A DNA stretch of 55,096 bases, taken from Candidatus Rokuibacteriota bacterium (GTDB lineage: Bacteria; Methylomirabilota; Methylomirabilia; Rokubacteriales; DASRDR01). This document shows, piece after piece, positions 27,844 through 36,638 of the stretch (positions within the stretch are counted from its first letter, which is position 1; every line of letters begins with the position of its first letter). The stretch lies in contig JBIOTN010000158.1 of assembly GCA_044866005.1 (NCBI GenBank), forward strand, positions 1-55,096, read 5' to 3'. The notes under the pieces are model-generated. The model was not told the DNA's origin. It did not search any database and saw only the letters and a program-made list of their open reading frames with translations. The position numbers and the translations under genes were made by a program.

Positions 27844-28791
27844 ATGACGCCTCGGATCGGACGCGGACGTGGTCTGGCGATCGTCGCCGTGCTGACCGTC
27901 CTGCTCGGCATCGCGAGCGGACCCCCGCGCACGGCGGCCCAGGGCAACGTCGCCGAAACCCTCAGCTCCGCCTTCCGGAACGCGGAGGTGATCGACCTCA
28001 CGGTCCTCATCTCCGAACAGCTCCCGGCCCACTGGCCGACGCACGCGCCGTTCCAGCGGTGGACGTTCAACTGGTTCAAGCCGGTCAAGGGCCCCTACAG
28101 CGACAACTACGCCCAGAGCGTCTTCCCCTACTACGGGCAGCGCTACGTCATCGACGAGCACACCGGGACGCAGCTGGACTGCCCGGCCCACTTCATCCCG
28201 CCGCCGGGTAGCGGGATGCCTTTCGAGGGGCCGATGGGCAACATGACCTGCGACAAGATGCCGCTGACGCAGTGGATGGGGCCCGCGGCCGTGATCGACG
28301 TCCGGGCCATCCTCGACAAGGCGCCGAACGGCAAGAGCCCGATCGTCACCCCGCAGATGGTCCGGGACTGGGAGGCGAAGAACGGGGCGCTCCAGAAGGG
28401 GGACATCGTCATCTTCTACTCCGGCTACACCGACAAGTACTACAAGCCCTTCCCCGCCGGAAACCGCCTCGCCTTCGACCCCTTGATCCTCCAGAGCGCG
28501 CCGGGGTGGCCGGCGCCGGGGCCCGACACGATGGAATACCTCCACTCCAAGGGCGTGATGCACGTGGGGAGCGACGGGCCGAGCATGGGGCCGGTGGAGG
28601 GAGGCCAGCCCACCCACGTCGCGGGCCTCAAGTACGGCATGTCCTGGGACGAGCAGCTCACGAACGTCGGCAAGTTGCCGGCGCGCGGCGGCTTCTACAT
28701 CTCGCTGCCGACGAAGATCGTCGACGGCAGCGGGGCCACCACGCGGGCCATCGGAATCAAGACGAAGGGCCAGAAGGGGATCGGAGAGTAG
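27844..28791 (+). CDS. Secreted cyclase-family (kynurenine formamidase-like) metal hydrolase
   Basis: Signal peptide, IDLT, variant motif EHTGTQLDCPAHF, GDIV..YSG, GSDGPS and DGSG...RA. AGGAGG RBS. Confidence 0.82.
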   Translation: MTPRIGRGRGLAIVAVLTVLLGIASGPPRTAAQGNVAETLSSAFRNAEVIDLTVLISEQLPAHWPTHAPFQRWTFNWFKPVKGPYSDNYAQSVFPYYGQRYVIDEHTGTQLDCPAHFIPPPGSGMPFEGPMGNMTCDKMPLTQWMGPAAVIDVRAILDKAPNGKSPIVTPQMVRDWEAKNGALQKGDIVIFYSGYTDKYYKPFPAGNRLAFDPLILQSAPGWPAPGPDTMEYLHSKGVMHVGSDGPSMGPVEGGQPTHVAGLKYGMSWDEQLTNVGKLPARGGFYISLPTKIVDGSGATTRAIGIKTKGQKGIGE

Positions 28792-28794
28792 CCA

Positions 28795-29694
28795 GTGCCG
28801 TGGCTCACCCGGGCGCAGGACGGGGTGACGATCTTCCTCGGCGTGGTCATCGAAGCCACCCCGTTCCTGCTGCTCGGCGTGCTCGTCTCGCAGCTTCTGG
28901 CGCTGCTGGTCCGCCAGGACCGCGTGCTCGCGTGGGTGCCGCGCGGCCGGCTGGCGTCCCTGGCCGCCCTCGCCGGGCTGGGGGCGCTCTTCCCGGTCTG
29001 CGAGTGTGGCAACGTGCCGGTCGCGCGGCGCCTCGCCGCGCGCGGAGTCCCGGCGGCCGCCGCCATGGTCTTCCTGCTGGCGGCGCCGGCCCTCAACCCC
29101 GTCGTCGCGCTCTCGACCTTCGCCGCCTTCCGCGACCAGCCCTCCATCGTCGGGTACCGCCTGGGCCTCACCTTCCTCGTCGCGCTCGCCGTAGGGCTGC
29201 TCCTGAGCCTCCACCCGCGGCCGGCCGAGCTGCTCCAGCCCCGCGCCGCCCCGGCCGACGCGCCTCCGGGCCTCCCCGCCGCGTGGCGGGCGCGGGCGGC
29301 CCGCTTCGCCGCCGGCGCGCTCGGCGAGTTCGTCGAGATGGGCGGGGTGCTGGTCCTGGGCGCCGCGCTCGCCGCCCTCACCCAGGTGCTCGTCCCGCGG
29401 AGCGTGCTCGTCGGCATCGGCCAGGGCCCCGTCCTGTCCGTCGCCGTGATGATGGCGCTGGCCCTCGTCCTCTCGATCTGCTCGACCGTGGACGCCTTCG
29501 TCGCCCTCGCCTACGCCGGCACGTTCACCGACGGCGCACTCGTCGCCTTCCTGGTCTTCGGGCCGATGATCGACATCAAGAGCCTCCTCCTCATGCTCAC
29601 CGTGTTCCGGGCGACGACCGTGGGACTCGTCGCGCTGGTCGTCACCGAGGCGACCTTCCTGCTCGGCCTCGCGCTCAACTACTGGGGCCGGTGA
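28795..29694 (+). CDS. Permease of the DUF318/YcgR type
   Basis: EATPFLLLG, FPVCECG.VP, FLLAAP.LNP, SICSTVDAF and FGPMIDIK motifs. Confidence 0.88.
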   Translation: MPWLTRAQDGVTIFLGVVIEATPFLLLGVLVSQLLALLVRQDRVLAWVPRGRLASLAALAGLGALFPVCECGNVPVARRLAARGVPAAAAMVFLLAAPALNPVVALSTFAAFRDQPSIVGYRLGLTFLVALAVGLLLSLHPRPAELLQPRAAPADAPPGLPAAWRARAARFAAGALGEFVEMGGVLVLGAALAALTQVLVPRSVLVGIGQGPVLSVAVMMALALVLSICSTVDAFVALAYAGTFTDGALVAFLVFGPMIDIKSLLLMLTVFRATTVGLVALVVTEATFLLGLALNYWGR

Positions 29695-30395
29695 AAGTGG
29701 CGATGAACCGGGCCGCGGCGCTCGTGGCCGCCGGCTACGGCGGCTACCTGCTCTACGCCGCCGGCAGCGGCGCGCTCTACTTCTACATCCATCCCGCCTA
29801 CGTCGTCCCCGCGGTCGCGACGGGGCTCGTGCTCCTGGCCCTCGCGGCGATCGCGGCGCGGGCGACCCGGCCGCCGGCGGACCACGCCCCGATCCCGGGG
29901 GTCTGGCTCGGCCTCGTCACGCTGCCGCTCGCCCTCGGGTTCCTCCTCCCGCCCCAGCCGCTCAGCCCGCTCACCGCCGCGCAGCGGGGCGTGGACGTCG
30001 CGTCGCTCGGCGGCGGCGAGGCGCGGGGCGAGTTCCGCCTGGGCGCCCGTCCCGAGAGCTACACGATCAAGGACTGGGTCAAGGCCTTCCAGGCCGATCC
30101 GGAGCCCGGCCGCCACGCCGGGAAGCCGGTGCGCGTCACCGGCTTCGTCCACCGCGAGGATCGGCTGCCGCCCGACTGGTTCCTCGTCGCCCGCTTCGTC
30201 GTGAAGTGCTGCGCCGTGGACGCGCAGCCGGTCGGGCTGCCCGTGCGGGGAACCGGCCCGCCGCCCGCGCCGGGCGCGTGGGTGGCGCTCGAGGGCGTCT
30301 GGGCCGTCGCGGACGTCGACGGGCAGCGGCGCGCCGTCATCACCGCCACGCGCGTCGCGCCGACCGCCCGCCCCGACCAGCCCTACCTCTACTGA
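29691..30395 (+). CDS. TIGR03943/YcgQ-like (DUF1980) membrane protein
   Basis: L.FYIHP, GKPVRVTGFV, ARFVVKCCAVDA and P.QPYLY motifs. GTGA overlap with the ycgR-like gene (alternative ATG 29703). Confidence 0.85.
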   Translation: MKVAMNRAAALVAAGYGGYLLYAAGSGALYFYIHPAYVVPAVATGLVLLALAAIAARATRPPADHAPIPGVWLGLVTLPLALGFLLPPQPLSPLTAAQRGVDVASLGGGEARGEFRLGARPESYTIKDWVKAFQADPEPGRHAGKPVRVTGFVHREDRLPPDWFLVARFVVKCCAVDAQPVGLPVRGTGPPPAPGAWVALEGVWAVADVDGQRRAVITATRVAPTARPDQPYLY

Positions 30396-30402
30396 CGGCG
30401 CC

Positions 30403-31785
30403 GTGGCCCCGACGCGCCGCTTCCAGGCCGTCGCCGGGCTCGTCGTCCTCGGCCTGGCCGCCGCGATCGCCGGCGTGATCGGCCTCGGCCGCCCGCGCCC
30501 GCTCGGCGTCGTCCAGGTGAGCCCGTCCGACCGCGCGGGCGACGTGGCACCCGGGGCGCAGGTCGTCGTGACCTTCAGCCGCCCCGTGGACGAGGCCTCG
30601 GCGCGCGCCGGGCTGGCTCTCGCCCCCCCCACCGACGGCTTCGTGAGCGTGGCCGGGCGCCGCGCGGCCTTCACCCCGCGCTTCGGCTTCCGCGGCGGGA
30701 CGGCCTACACGCTGACGCTGGCCGCCAGCATCCGCGACCGGAGCGGGCGCGAGCTGGGGGGCGCGGTCGTCTCGCATTTCCGCACCCGTCCGCTCGGCCT
30801 GGTGCTCCGCACGCCCGAGGGCCGGCTCCTCCAGGCGCCGCTCGGCGGCGCGGCGGAGCCGCTCGCGGCCGGGCCGGTCGGCGCGTTCGCGGTCGGCCCC
30901 GACCGGCGGGTCGCCTACGTCCGGCCCGACGTCCGGCGGCTCGCCCTCGCCGACCCGGCGCGGGCGGGGACGCCGCGGGAGCTCGCGCTGCCGCCGGGGA
31001 TCGAGGTGCGCGAGATGGAGTGGGCGCCGGACGGGCGGGCGCTGCTCGTCCTCGCCGCGACCGGCGAGGCGGTCGGGGTCCCCTACCTCGTGCGGCTCGA
31101 CGCCCCGACGCCCACCCTGGAGGCGTTCGGCCCCCGCCCCGCGCGGCTCGATCCGAACGTCGGTCTCATCGAGGAGGCGCTCAAGCGGTCGCTCGTCGAG
31201 ATCGTCTACGGGCAGGAGTCCTTCGCCTTCACGCCGGACGGCCGGGCGGCCATCGTCCGTGACGTGAACTGGGACCTCGCCGTGATCGGGCTCGACGGCG
31301 AGCGGCGCGGCCGCCTCGGTCCGTTCCTCGCGGTCGGCAACGCCACCCCCCGGGCCGACCTCCTGGCCGTGGTGGACGTGAACCCGGCGGACCCCGCGCT
31401 CCGGCGGCGCGTGCTCGGCTACCGGGTCGACGGGCGCGGCACCCACGCCATCTCGGACCCCGAGCGGGACAGCCACGCGCCGCGCTTCGCTCACCGGAGC
31501 GATCGGATCGTCTTCGCCACGGCGCCCGCCACGGGCCTCCCGCGCGAGCGGGCGTTCGCCCTGGAGGTCGCGGACCTCGCGACCGGCGCCCGCCGGCGCC
31601 TGACCGAGCCGCCCGCGGGGGAGAGCGACGAGGCGCCGCGGTGGTCGCCCGACGACGCCTGGGTGAGCTTCCGCCGCGGCCCGGTCGGCGCCCCCGAGCG
31701 CGGGCGGATCTGGCTCGTGCCGGCCGAGGGGGGTGCGGCCGAGCCCCTCCCCATCCCGGCGAGCGACGCGCGCTTCCGCCCGTGA
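30403..31785 (+). CDS. Membrane-anchored bacterial Ig-like (Big_5) + TolB-like beta-propeller protein
   Basis: N-terminal TM, VSP.D.A.DV...VVVTFSRPVD and YTLTL.A.IRD, then WAPDG/FTPDG/WSPDD repeats. Confidence 0.75.
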   Translation: MAPTRRFQAVAGLVVLGLAAAIAGVIGLGRPRPLGVVQVSPSDRAGDVAPGAQVVVTFSRPVDEASARAGLALAPPTDGFVSVAGRRAAFTPRFGFRGGTAYTLTLAASIRDRSGRELGGAVVSHFRTRPLGLVLRTPEGRLLQAPLGGAAEPLAAGPVGAFAVGPDRRVAYVRPDVRRLALADPARAGTPRELALPPGIEVREMEWAPDGRALLVLAATGEAVGVPYLVRLDAPTPTLEAFGPRPARLDPNVGLIEEALKRSLVEIVYGQESFAFTPDGRAAIVRDVNWDLAVIGLDGERRGRLGPFLAVGNATPRADLLAVVDVNPADPALRRRVLGYRVDGRGTHAISDPERDSHAPRFAHRSDRIVFATAPATGLPRERAFALEVADLATGARRRLTEPPAGESDEAPRWSPDDAWVSFRRGPVGAPERGRIWLVPAEGGAAEPLPIPASDARFRP

Positions 31786-31846
31786 CCCGCGCCGCCGCCC
31801 GCGGGAGAATGGAGGAGACGCCCCTGTAGGCGTCCTGGAGGCCGGG

Positions 31847-32167
31847 ATGGATCCGACGCCTGTCGAAATCCGGCGGGTCGACCGCGAGGTCCACATCACG
31901 TGGGACGACGGCCACCGGACGGTCTACGCGAACAAGGCCCTGCGGGAGCGCTGCCCGTGCGCGGCCTGCGTCCACGAGGTCACCGGGGAGCGCATGCTCG
32001 ACCCCGCCTCGGTCCCGGCCGACATCCGGGCCGAGGAGATCTCGCTCGTCGGCCGCTACGCGGTGAAGGTCCGCTGGAGCGACCGGCACTCGACGGGGAT
32101 CTACACCTTCGCCCGGCTCCGCGCCGACTGCCCGTGCGAGGTGTGCGTGGCGGCCCGAGCCCGGTGA
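31847..32167 (+). CDS. DUF971 / gamma-butyrobetaine hydroxylase N-terminal-like protein
   Basis: I.W.DGH, LRERCPCAAC and VGRYA...WSDRHSTGIY motifs. GGAGG RBS. Confidence 0.88.
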   Translation: MDPTPVEIRRVDREVHITWDDGHRTVYANKALRERCPCAACVHEVTGERMLDPASVPADIRAEEISLVGRYAVKVRWSDRHSTGIYTFARLRADCPCEVCVAARAR

Positions 32168-32328
32168 CCGGCCCGGGCCGATGAGTCGCGGCGCACGGCG
32201 TCCCCGCGAGGCCGGGCGGCGCCCGGACGGACGCCACGTGAGGCTCGCGGCCCCGAGGGCCCGGGCCAGCGCGCGCCCTGGGGTCGGACGGCTGCCGTGG
32301 GAAAGGGCAGAGCCCTCTCCTGACGCGA

Positions 32329-32742
32329 TCAGGCGGGCAGGAGGTCGAAGACCCGCATCACGGCCCGCGTGGTGCCCCTGTTGGTCGATGCCTCCATCGT
32401 GCCCTTGTTGCAGGTCCAGACGTGGCCCTTGTTCGCCGTGAAGGTCTTCCCGGCCTGTGTGACCTCGAGACTGCCCTCCGAGCATTCGCAGACCATCGCG
32501 TTCTCCATCGCCCGCGGCGCTCCCGTCGTCCCTCCCGGCTCGAACACGAACTCGCGGAGCCGCACCTTCCCGAAGCCGGAAATGATGGCCGGGCCCTCGG
32601 TCACGGTCTTGATCTCGACGCCCTTGCGCTCCTGGGCGAGCAGGCGTGGGGTCTGGCCCGCCACGAGCGCCGCGGCGCCCCCGATCCCCAGCAGCACGAT
32701 CGTCCTCCGGTCCACCTCCGCGCTCCTCCGCTGTCCAGACAT
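32329..32742 (-). CDS. Small exported cupin-like protein with a Tat-like signal
   Basis: DRRTIVLLGIGGAAALVAG N-terminus and a cupin-like beta pattern (F.PGG...EGSLEV...N.G...A.MRVFDL) lacking the His ligands. GGAGG RBS. Confidence 0.65.
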   Translation of the reverse strand: MSGQRRSAEVDRRTIVLLGIGGAAALVAGQTPRLLAQERKGVEIKTVTEGPAIISGFGKVRLREFVFEPGGTTGAPRAMENAMVCECSEGSLEVTQAGKTFTANKGHVWTCNKGTMEASTNRGTTRAVMRVFDLLPA

Positions 32743-32780
32743 GGCTGATCCTCCGTGGTGATGGGTGAAGGGCCGGCGCC

Positions 32781-34217
32781 TCAGCCGATCGGCGGCCGGT
32801 GCGCGGCCCAGGGCTGGACCGCCTCGAACGCGGCCGCCGCGCGCAGCACCTGCGCGTCGGCGTGCCAGCGGCCCACGATCTGCAGTCCCACCGGCAGGCC
32901 GGCCGTCGTGAATCCGCAGGGCACCGTCGCCGCCGGCTGGCCGGTCAGGTTGAACGGGAAGGTGAAGGCGAGGCGGTCGAACATGGTCGGCGTGGGGCGC
33001 CCGTCGATCTCGGTCGGCCCCTGCTGCGGGCCCGGCCCCGGCTCGGCCGGCCAGGCGGTGACCGGCATCTGGGGGGTGAGCAGGAGCTCGCACGTCTCGA
33101 AGAAGGCCCGCACCCGGTCGTAGAAGGCGCTCCGCGCGAGGAGGGCCTTGGCGTGCTCGAGGGCGGAGACGCGGCGGGCGTTGTCGATCATCTGCATGAG
33201 GCTCGGCTCGATCCACTCGGGACGCTCGACCGCGCGATCGATCTGCCGCGCGGCGACGTTGACCTCGTAGATGATCGCGTGGAAGGCGCCGGGATCCGGC
33301 CAGCCGGGGTCCCGCGCCTCGAGGCGGCCGCCGAGCTCGGTGAACCGGCGCGCGGCGGCCGCGGTCAGCGCGCGCACCTCCGGATCGACCGGCGCGTAGC
33401 CGAGGTCGGCGCTCCACACGACCCGGACGCCCGCCAGGTCGCCGTCGCAGCCACGCAGGTAGTCCTCGGGCGGGGCGTCGATCGAGAGGGGGTCGCGCGG
33501 GTCGGGACCGGCCATGGCGCCGAGGAGGAGCGCCGCGTCGCGGACGGTCCGCGCCATCGGACCGTTGTGCGAGCGAGCGGCCCAGTAGTCGGCGGAGGGA
33601 TGGTAGGGGACCCGGCCGAAGGAGGGCTTGAAGCCGACGATCCCGCAGAGGGCCGAGGGGATCCGGATCGAGCCCGCTCCATCCGAGCCGTGGGCGATCG
33701 GGCCGAGCCCCGCGGCGACCGCGGCGCCGGCGCCGCCCGACGACGCCCCGGAGGTCCGGTCGAGGCGCCAGGGGTTCCGGCAGGGCGGCCCCAGCAGGTT
33801 GTCGCAGCTGTCCTTGTGGCCGAAGTTCGGCGTGTTGGTCTTCCCCAGCAGCACGGCGCCCGTCGCCCTGAGCCGCCCGGCCACCGCGCCGTCAGCCGCC
33901 GGCACGTGCCCTTCGAACCACTTCGAGCCGAACGTGGTCCGCACCTCCGCCGTCGGCTCGAGGTCCTTGATCGAGTAGGGGATCCCGTCGAGCGGGCCGC
34001 GGAGGGTCCCGCGCCGCGCCCGCTCCTCGGCGGCCCGGGCCTCCTGGCGCGCCCGGTCCGCCGTGACGGTGAGGTAGGCCTGGAGCGAGGGGTTGAGCTC
34101 GTCGATCCGCGCCAGCACCGCCTCGACCACCTCGACCGGCGAGACCGCCCGGCTGCGGTAGAGTCGCGCGAGCTCGGTCGCGGGCGTGAAGCAGAGGTCG
34201 GTCGCGGTCGCGCCCAT
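32781..34217 (-). CDS. Amidase signature family protein
   Basis: IKDL, GKTNTP, SGASSGG and GSDGAGSIRIPS (Ser-cisSer-Lys triad), FNLTGQPA. Confidence 0.93.
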   Translation of the reverse strand: MGATATDLCFTPATELARLYRSRAVSPVEVVEAVLARIDELNPSLQAYLTVTADRARQEARAAEERARRGTLRGPLDGIPYSIKDLEPTAEVRTTFGSKWFEGHVPAADGAVAGRLRATGAVLLGKTNTPNFGHKDSCDNLLGPPCRNPWRLDRTSGASSGGAGAAVAAGLGPIAHGSDGAGSIRIPSALCGIVGFKPSFGRVPYHPSADYWAARSHNGPMARTVRDAALLLGAMAGPDPRDPLSIDAPPEDYLRGCDGDLAGVRVVWSADLGYAPVDPEVRALTAAAARRFTELGGRLEARDPGWPDPGAFHAIIYEVNVAARQIDRAVERPEWIEPSLMQMIDNARRVSALEHAKALLARSAFYDRVRAFFETCELLLTPQMPVTAWPAEPGPGPQQGPTEIDGRPTPTMFDRLAFTFPFNLTGQPAATVPCGFTTAGLPVGLQIVGRWHADAQVLRAAAAFEAVQPWAAHRPPIG

Positions 34218-34335
34218 GGTAGGTCCTCCTGGCCGGTTCTCGGGGGCCGCCCGGCGGGCCGAGGCGGGGGCTCGATCCGAAGCCACCGTAGAGCCGCCCT
34301 TCCACCCCTGTCAACCCGTGGGTACACTGAGGGGC

Positions 34336-35232
34336 ATGAGGATCCTCGTCGGCACCGAAGCCGGCCTCTACGAGGTGGGCGCCGCCGAGCGGAGCGACTT
34401 CCCCGGGCGCGAGATCACGGCGCTCGTGGCCGACGGACCGCGGTGGTGGGCGCTCGTGGACGGGCAGCGCCTCTGGCGCGCAGCCGAGGGCCGCTGGGAA
34501 GAGGTGGCCGCCCTGGAGGGCGAGCGCGGCACGTGCCTCCTGCCCGCGGACGGGGGCCTGCTCGTGGGCACGGCCGGTGCCCACGTCCAGAGGCTCGAGC
34601 ACGGGCGCCTCGGGCGGGTCGAGACGTTCGATCGGACGGCGGGGCGGGAGGCCTGGCACACGCCGTGGGGTGAGCCGCCCGACACCCGCTCGCTCACGCG
34701 CGACGCGACCGGGGCGCTCTACGTCAACGTCCACGTCGGCGGGGTCGTACGGTCGCGGGACGGCGGCCGCACCTGGCAGCCGACGCTCGACATCGAGACC
34801 GACGTCCACCAGGTGCTCGCCCACCCGACGCGGCCCGGGCTGGTGCTCGCGGCGGCGGCGGTCGGCCTGGCCGTCAGCGACGATGGCGGCACGCGCTGGC
34901 GGACCGACGTCGAGGGGCTCCACGCCCGGTACGCGCGGGCCGTCGCCCTGGGCGACGACACGCTCCTCCTCAGCGTCTCGAGCGGGCCGCGGGGCCGGCG
35001 CGCCGCCCTCTACCGCCGGTCGCTCGAGGGCGCCGCGCGCTTCGAGCGCTGCCGGGACGGGCTGCCCGAGTGGTTCGACGCGAACATCGACACGGCCTGC
35101 CTCGCCGCCCAGGGCCAGGACGCCGCATTCGGGACCGACGACGGGCGGGTCTTCCGCTCCCCTGACGGCGGGGCGAGCTGGGAGCGCGTGGCGAAGGACT
35201 TGCCCCCCGTCCACTGCGTGGCGCTCGGCTGA
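34336..35232 (+). CDS. BNR/Asp-box beta-propeller protein
   Basis: Repeated S.DGG..W boxes (RSRDGGRTW, SDDGGTRW, SPDGGASW) and DVHQV. Confidence 0.75.
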   Translation: MRILVGTEAGLYEVGAAERSDFPGREITALVADGPRWWALVDGQRLWRAAEGRWEEVAALEGERGTCLLPADGGLLVGTAGAHVQRLEHGRLGRVETFDRTAGREAWHTPWGEPPDTRSLTRDATGALYVNVHVGGVVRSRDGGRTWQPTLDIETDVHQVLAHPTRPGLVLAAAAVGLAVSDDGGTRWRTDVEGLHARYARAVALGDDTLLLSVSSGPRGRRAALYRRSLEGAARFERCRDGLPEWFDANIDTACLAAQGQDAAFGTDDGRVFRSPDGGASWERVAKDLPPVHCVALG

Positions 35233-35292
35233 AGCCGCGCCCCGCGCGCCGGCGCGGCGGCGTCCGCCGCCGGGCGGGCGCACGAACGCCTC

Positions 35293-36537
35293 TCAGTAGC
35301 GGCCGATGCCGGCCGCCCCGAGGTCCCCCCGGGTCTCGAGCTCCGGCTCCCCCGCCGCCTGGTAGTGGGCGAGGGCGGCCTCGACGCCGCCGCCCGCGGC
35401 GGCGCGCCAACCCTCGCGTCGGAGGACCGCCTCGAGCGCCGCCAGGCCGAGCAGGACGTTCTGCCGCCGGGCGGAGTACCCCATCGTCCCGATCCGCCAG
35501 ATCCGTCCCCGGAGCGGCCCGAACGCCGCCCCGATCTCGATCCCGAAATCGTGGAGGAGCCGCTCCCGCACCCGGAGCTCGTCCACGCCGTCGGGCACGA
35601 CGACCGGCGTCAGCATGGGCAGGCGGTGCGCCGGCGGCTCGGCCCCGAAGAGCCGGAGGCCCAGCGCCGCGAGGCCGGCCCGGAGGGCGTCCCCGTGCAG
35701 GCGATGGCGGCGGAAGCGCGCGCCGAGGCCCTCGGCCGCGAGCGCGCGCAAGGCCTCGCGCAGGCCGTAGACCATGGCGGTCGGGGCGGTGTGGTGGTTG
35801 AACCGGTCCGCGCTCCAGTACGTCGCGAGCTGCGTGAGGTCGAGATAGTTCGACTGGACCTTCCGCCGTCGCGCCCCGAGGGCCGCCTCCGCCCGGTCGT
35901 TGTACGTGACGGGCGCCAGGCCGGAGGGGCAGCTCAGGCACTTCTGCGTGCCCCCGACGACGACGTCGAGGCCCCAGGCGTCCGCGCCGACCTCCGTTCC
36001 CCCGAGCGTGAGGACCGCGTCCACGACGAGGAGCGCCCCGTGAGCGCGCGCCAGCCGCGCGATCTCCTCGAGCGGCTGGAGCACGCCCGTGGAGGTCTCG
36101 CCGTGCACCATCGCGACGAGCTTCGTCCGTCCGGCGGCGAGGGCGCGACCGATCGCGTCGGGCTCGACGACGCGGCCCCACTCGGCCCGGACGGGGACCA
36201 CCTCGGCGCCGCAGCGCTCCGCGATCTCGTGGAAGAGGAGCCCGAAGCGCCCGCACTCGCCGACGACCACCCGGTCGCCCGGCTCGACGAGCGAGGCGAG
36301 CGCCGCCTCGAGACCGGCCCGCCCGGTTCCGGAGACGGGGAAGGTCCGGGGGTTCGCGGTCTGGAACGCCAGGCGCGAGAGGTCCATCACCTCGTTCATG
36401 ATGGCGGTGAACTCGGGGTCGAACTGCCCGACGAGGGGCGTCGCCATGGCGCGCAGCACGCGCGGGTCCGCCATGCTCGGCCCCGGGCCGAGCAGGATGC
36501 GCGGGCTGGGGACGAGATCGCCGAGCGGCTCGCCCAT
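35293..36537 (-). CDS. pucG: Class V aminotransferase, (S)-ureidoglycine-glyoxylate aminotransferase-like
   Basis: GPGP..ADPRVLRAM.TPLVGQFDP.F, GRFG.L..EIAER, HGETSTG, GGTQKCL and QSNY.DL.QL..YWS..R.NHHT, characteristic of PucG/HpxJ. Confidence 0.82.
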   Translation of the reverse strand: MGEPLGDLVPSPRILLGPGPSMADPRVLRAMATPLVGQFDPEFTAIMNEVMDLSRLAFQTANPRTFPVSGTGRAGLEAALASLVEPGDRVVVGECGRFGLLFHEIAERCGAEVVPVRAEWGRVVEPDAIGRALAAGRTKLVAMVHGETSTGVLQPLEEIARLARAHGALLVVDAVLTLGGTEVGADAWGLDVVVGGTQKCLSCPSGLAPVTYNDRAEAALGARRRKVQSNYLDLTQLATYWSADRFNHHTAPTAMVYGLREALRALAAEGLGARFRRHRLHGDALRAGLAALGLRLFGAEPPAHRLPMLTPVVVPDGVDELRVRERLLHDFGIEIGAAFGPLRGRIWRIGTMGYSARRQNVLLGLAALEAVLRREGWRAAAGGGVEAALAHYQAAGEPELETRGDLGAAGIGRY

Positions 36538-36638
36538 CGTCTTCAGCGGGGGGCCCGGCCCCCCGCCGAGGACCCTCGCGGCGGAACCGCGCCGTTCGCC
36601 ACCGGGAGGTTGCTCATCGGGCCCGGGCAGCGCATGCG

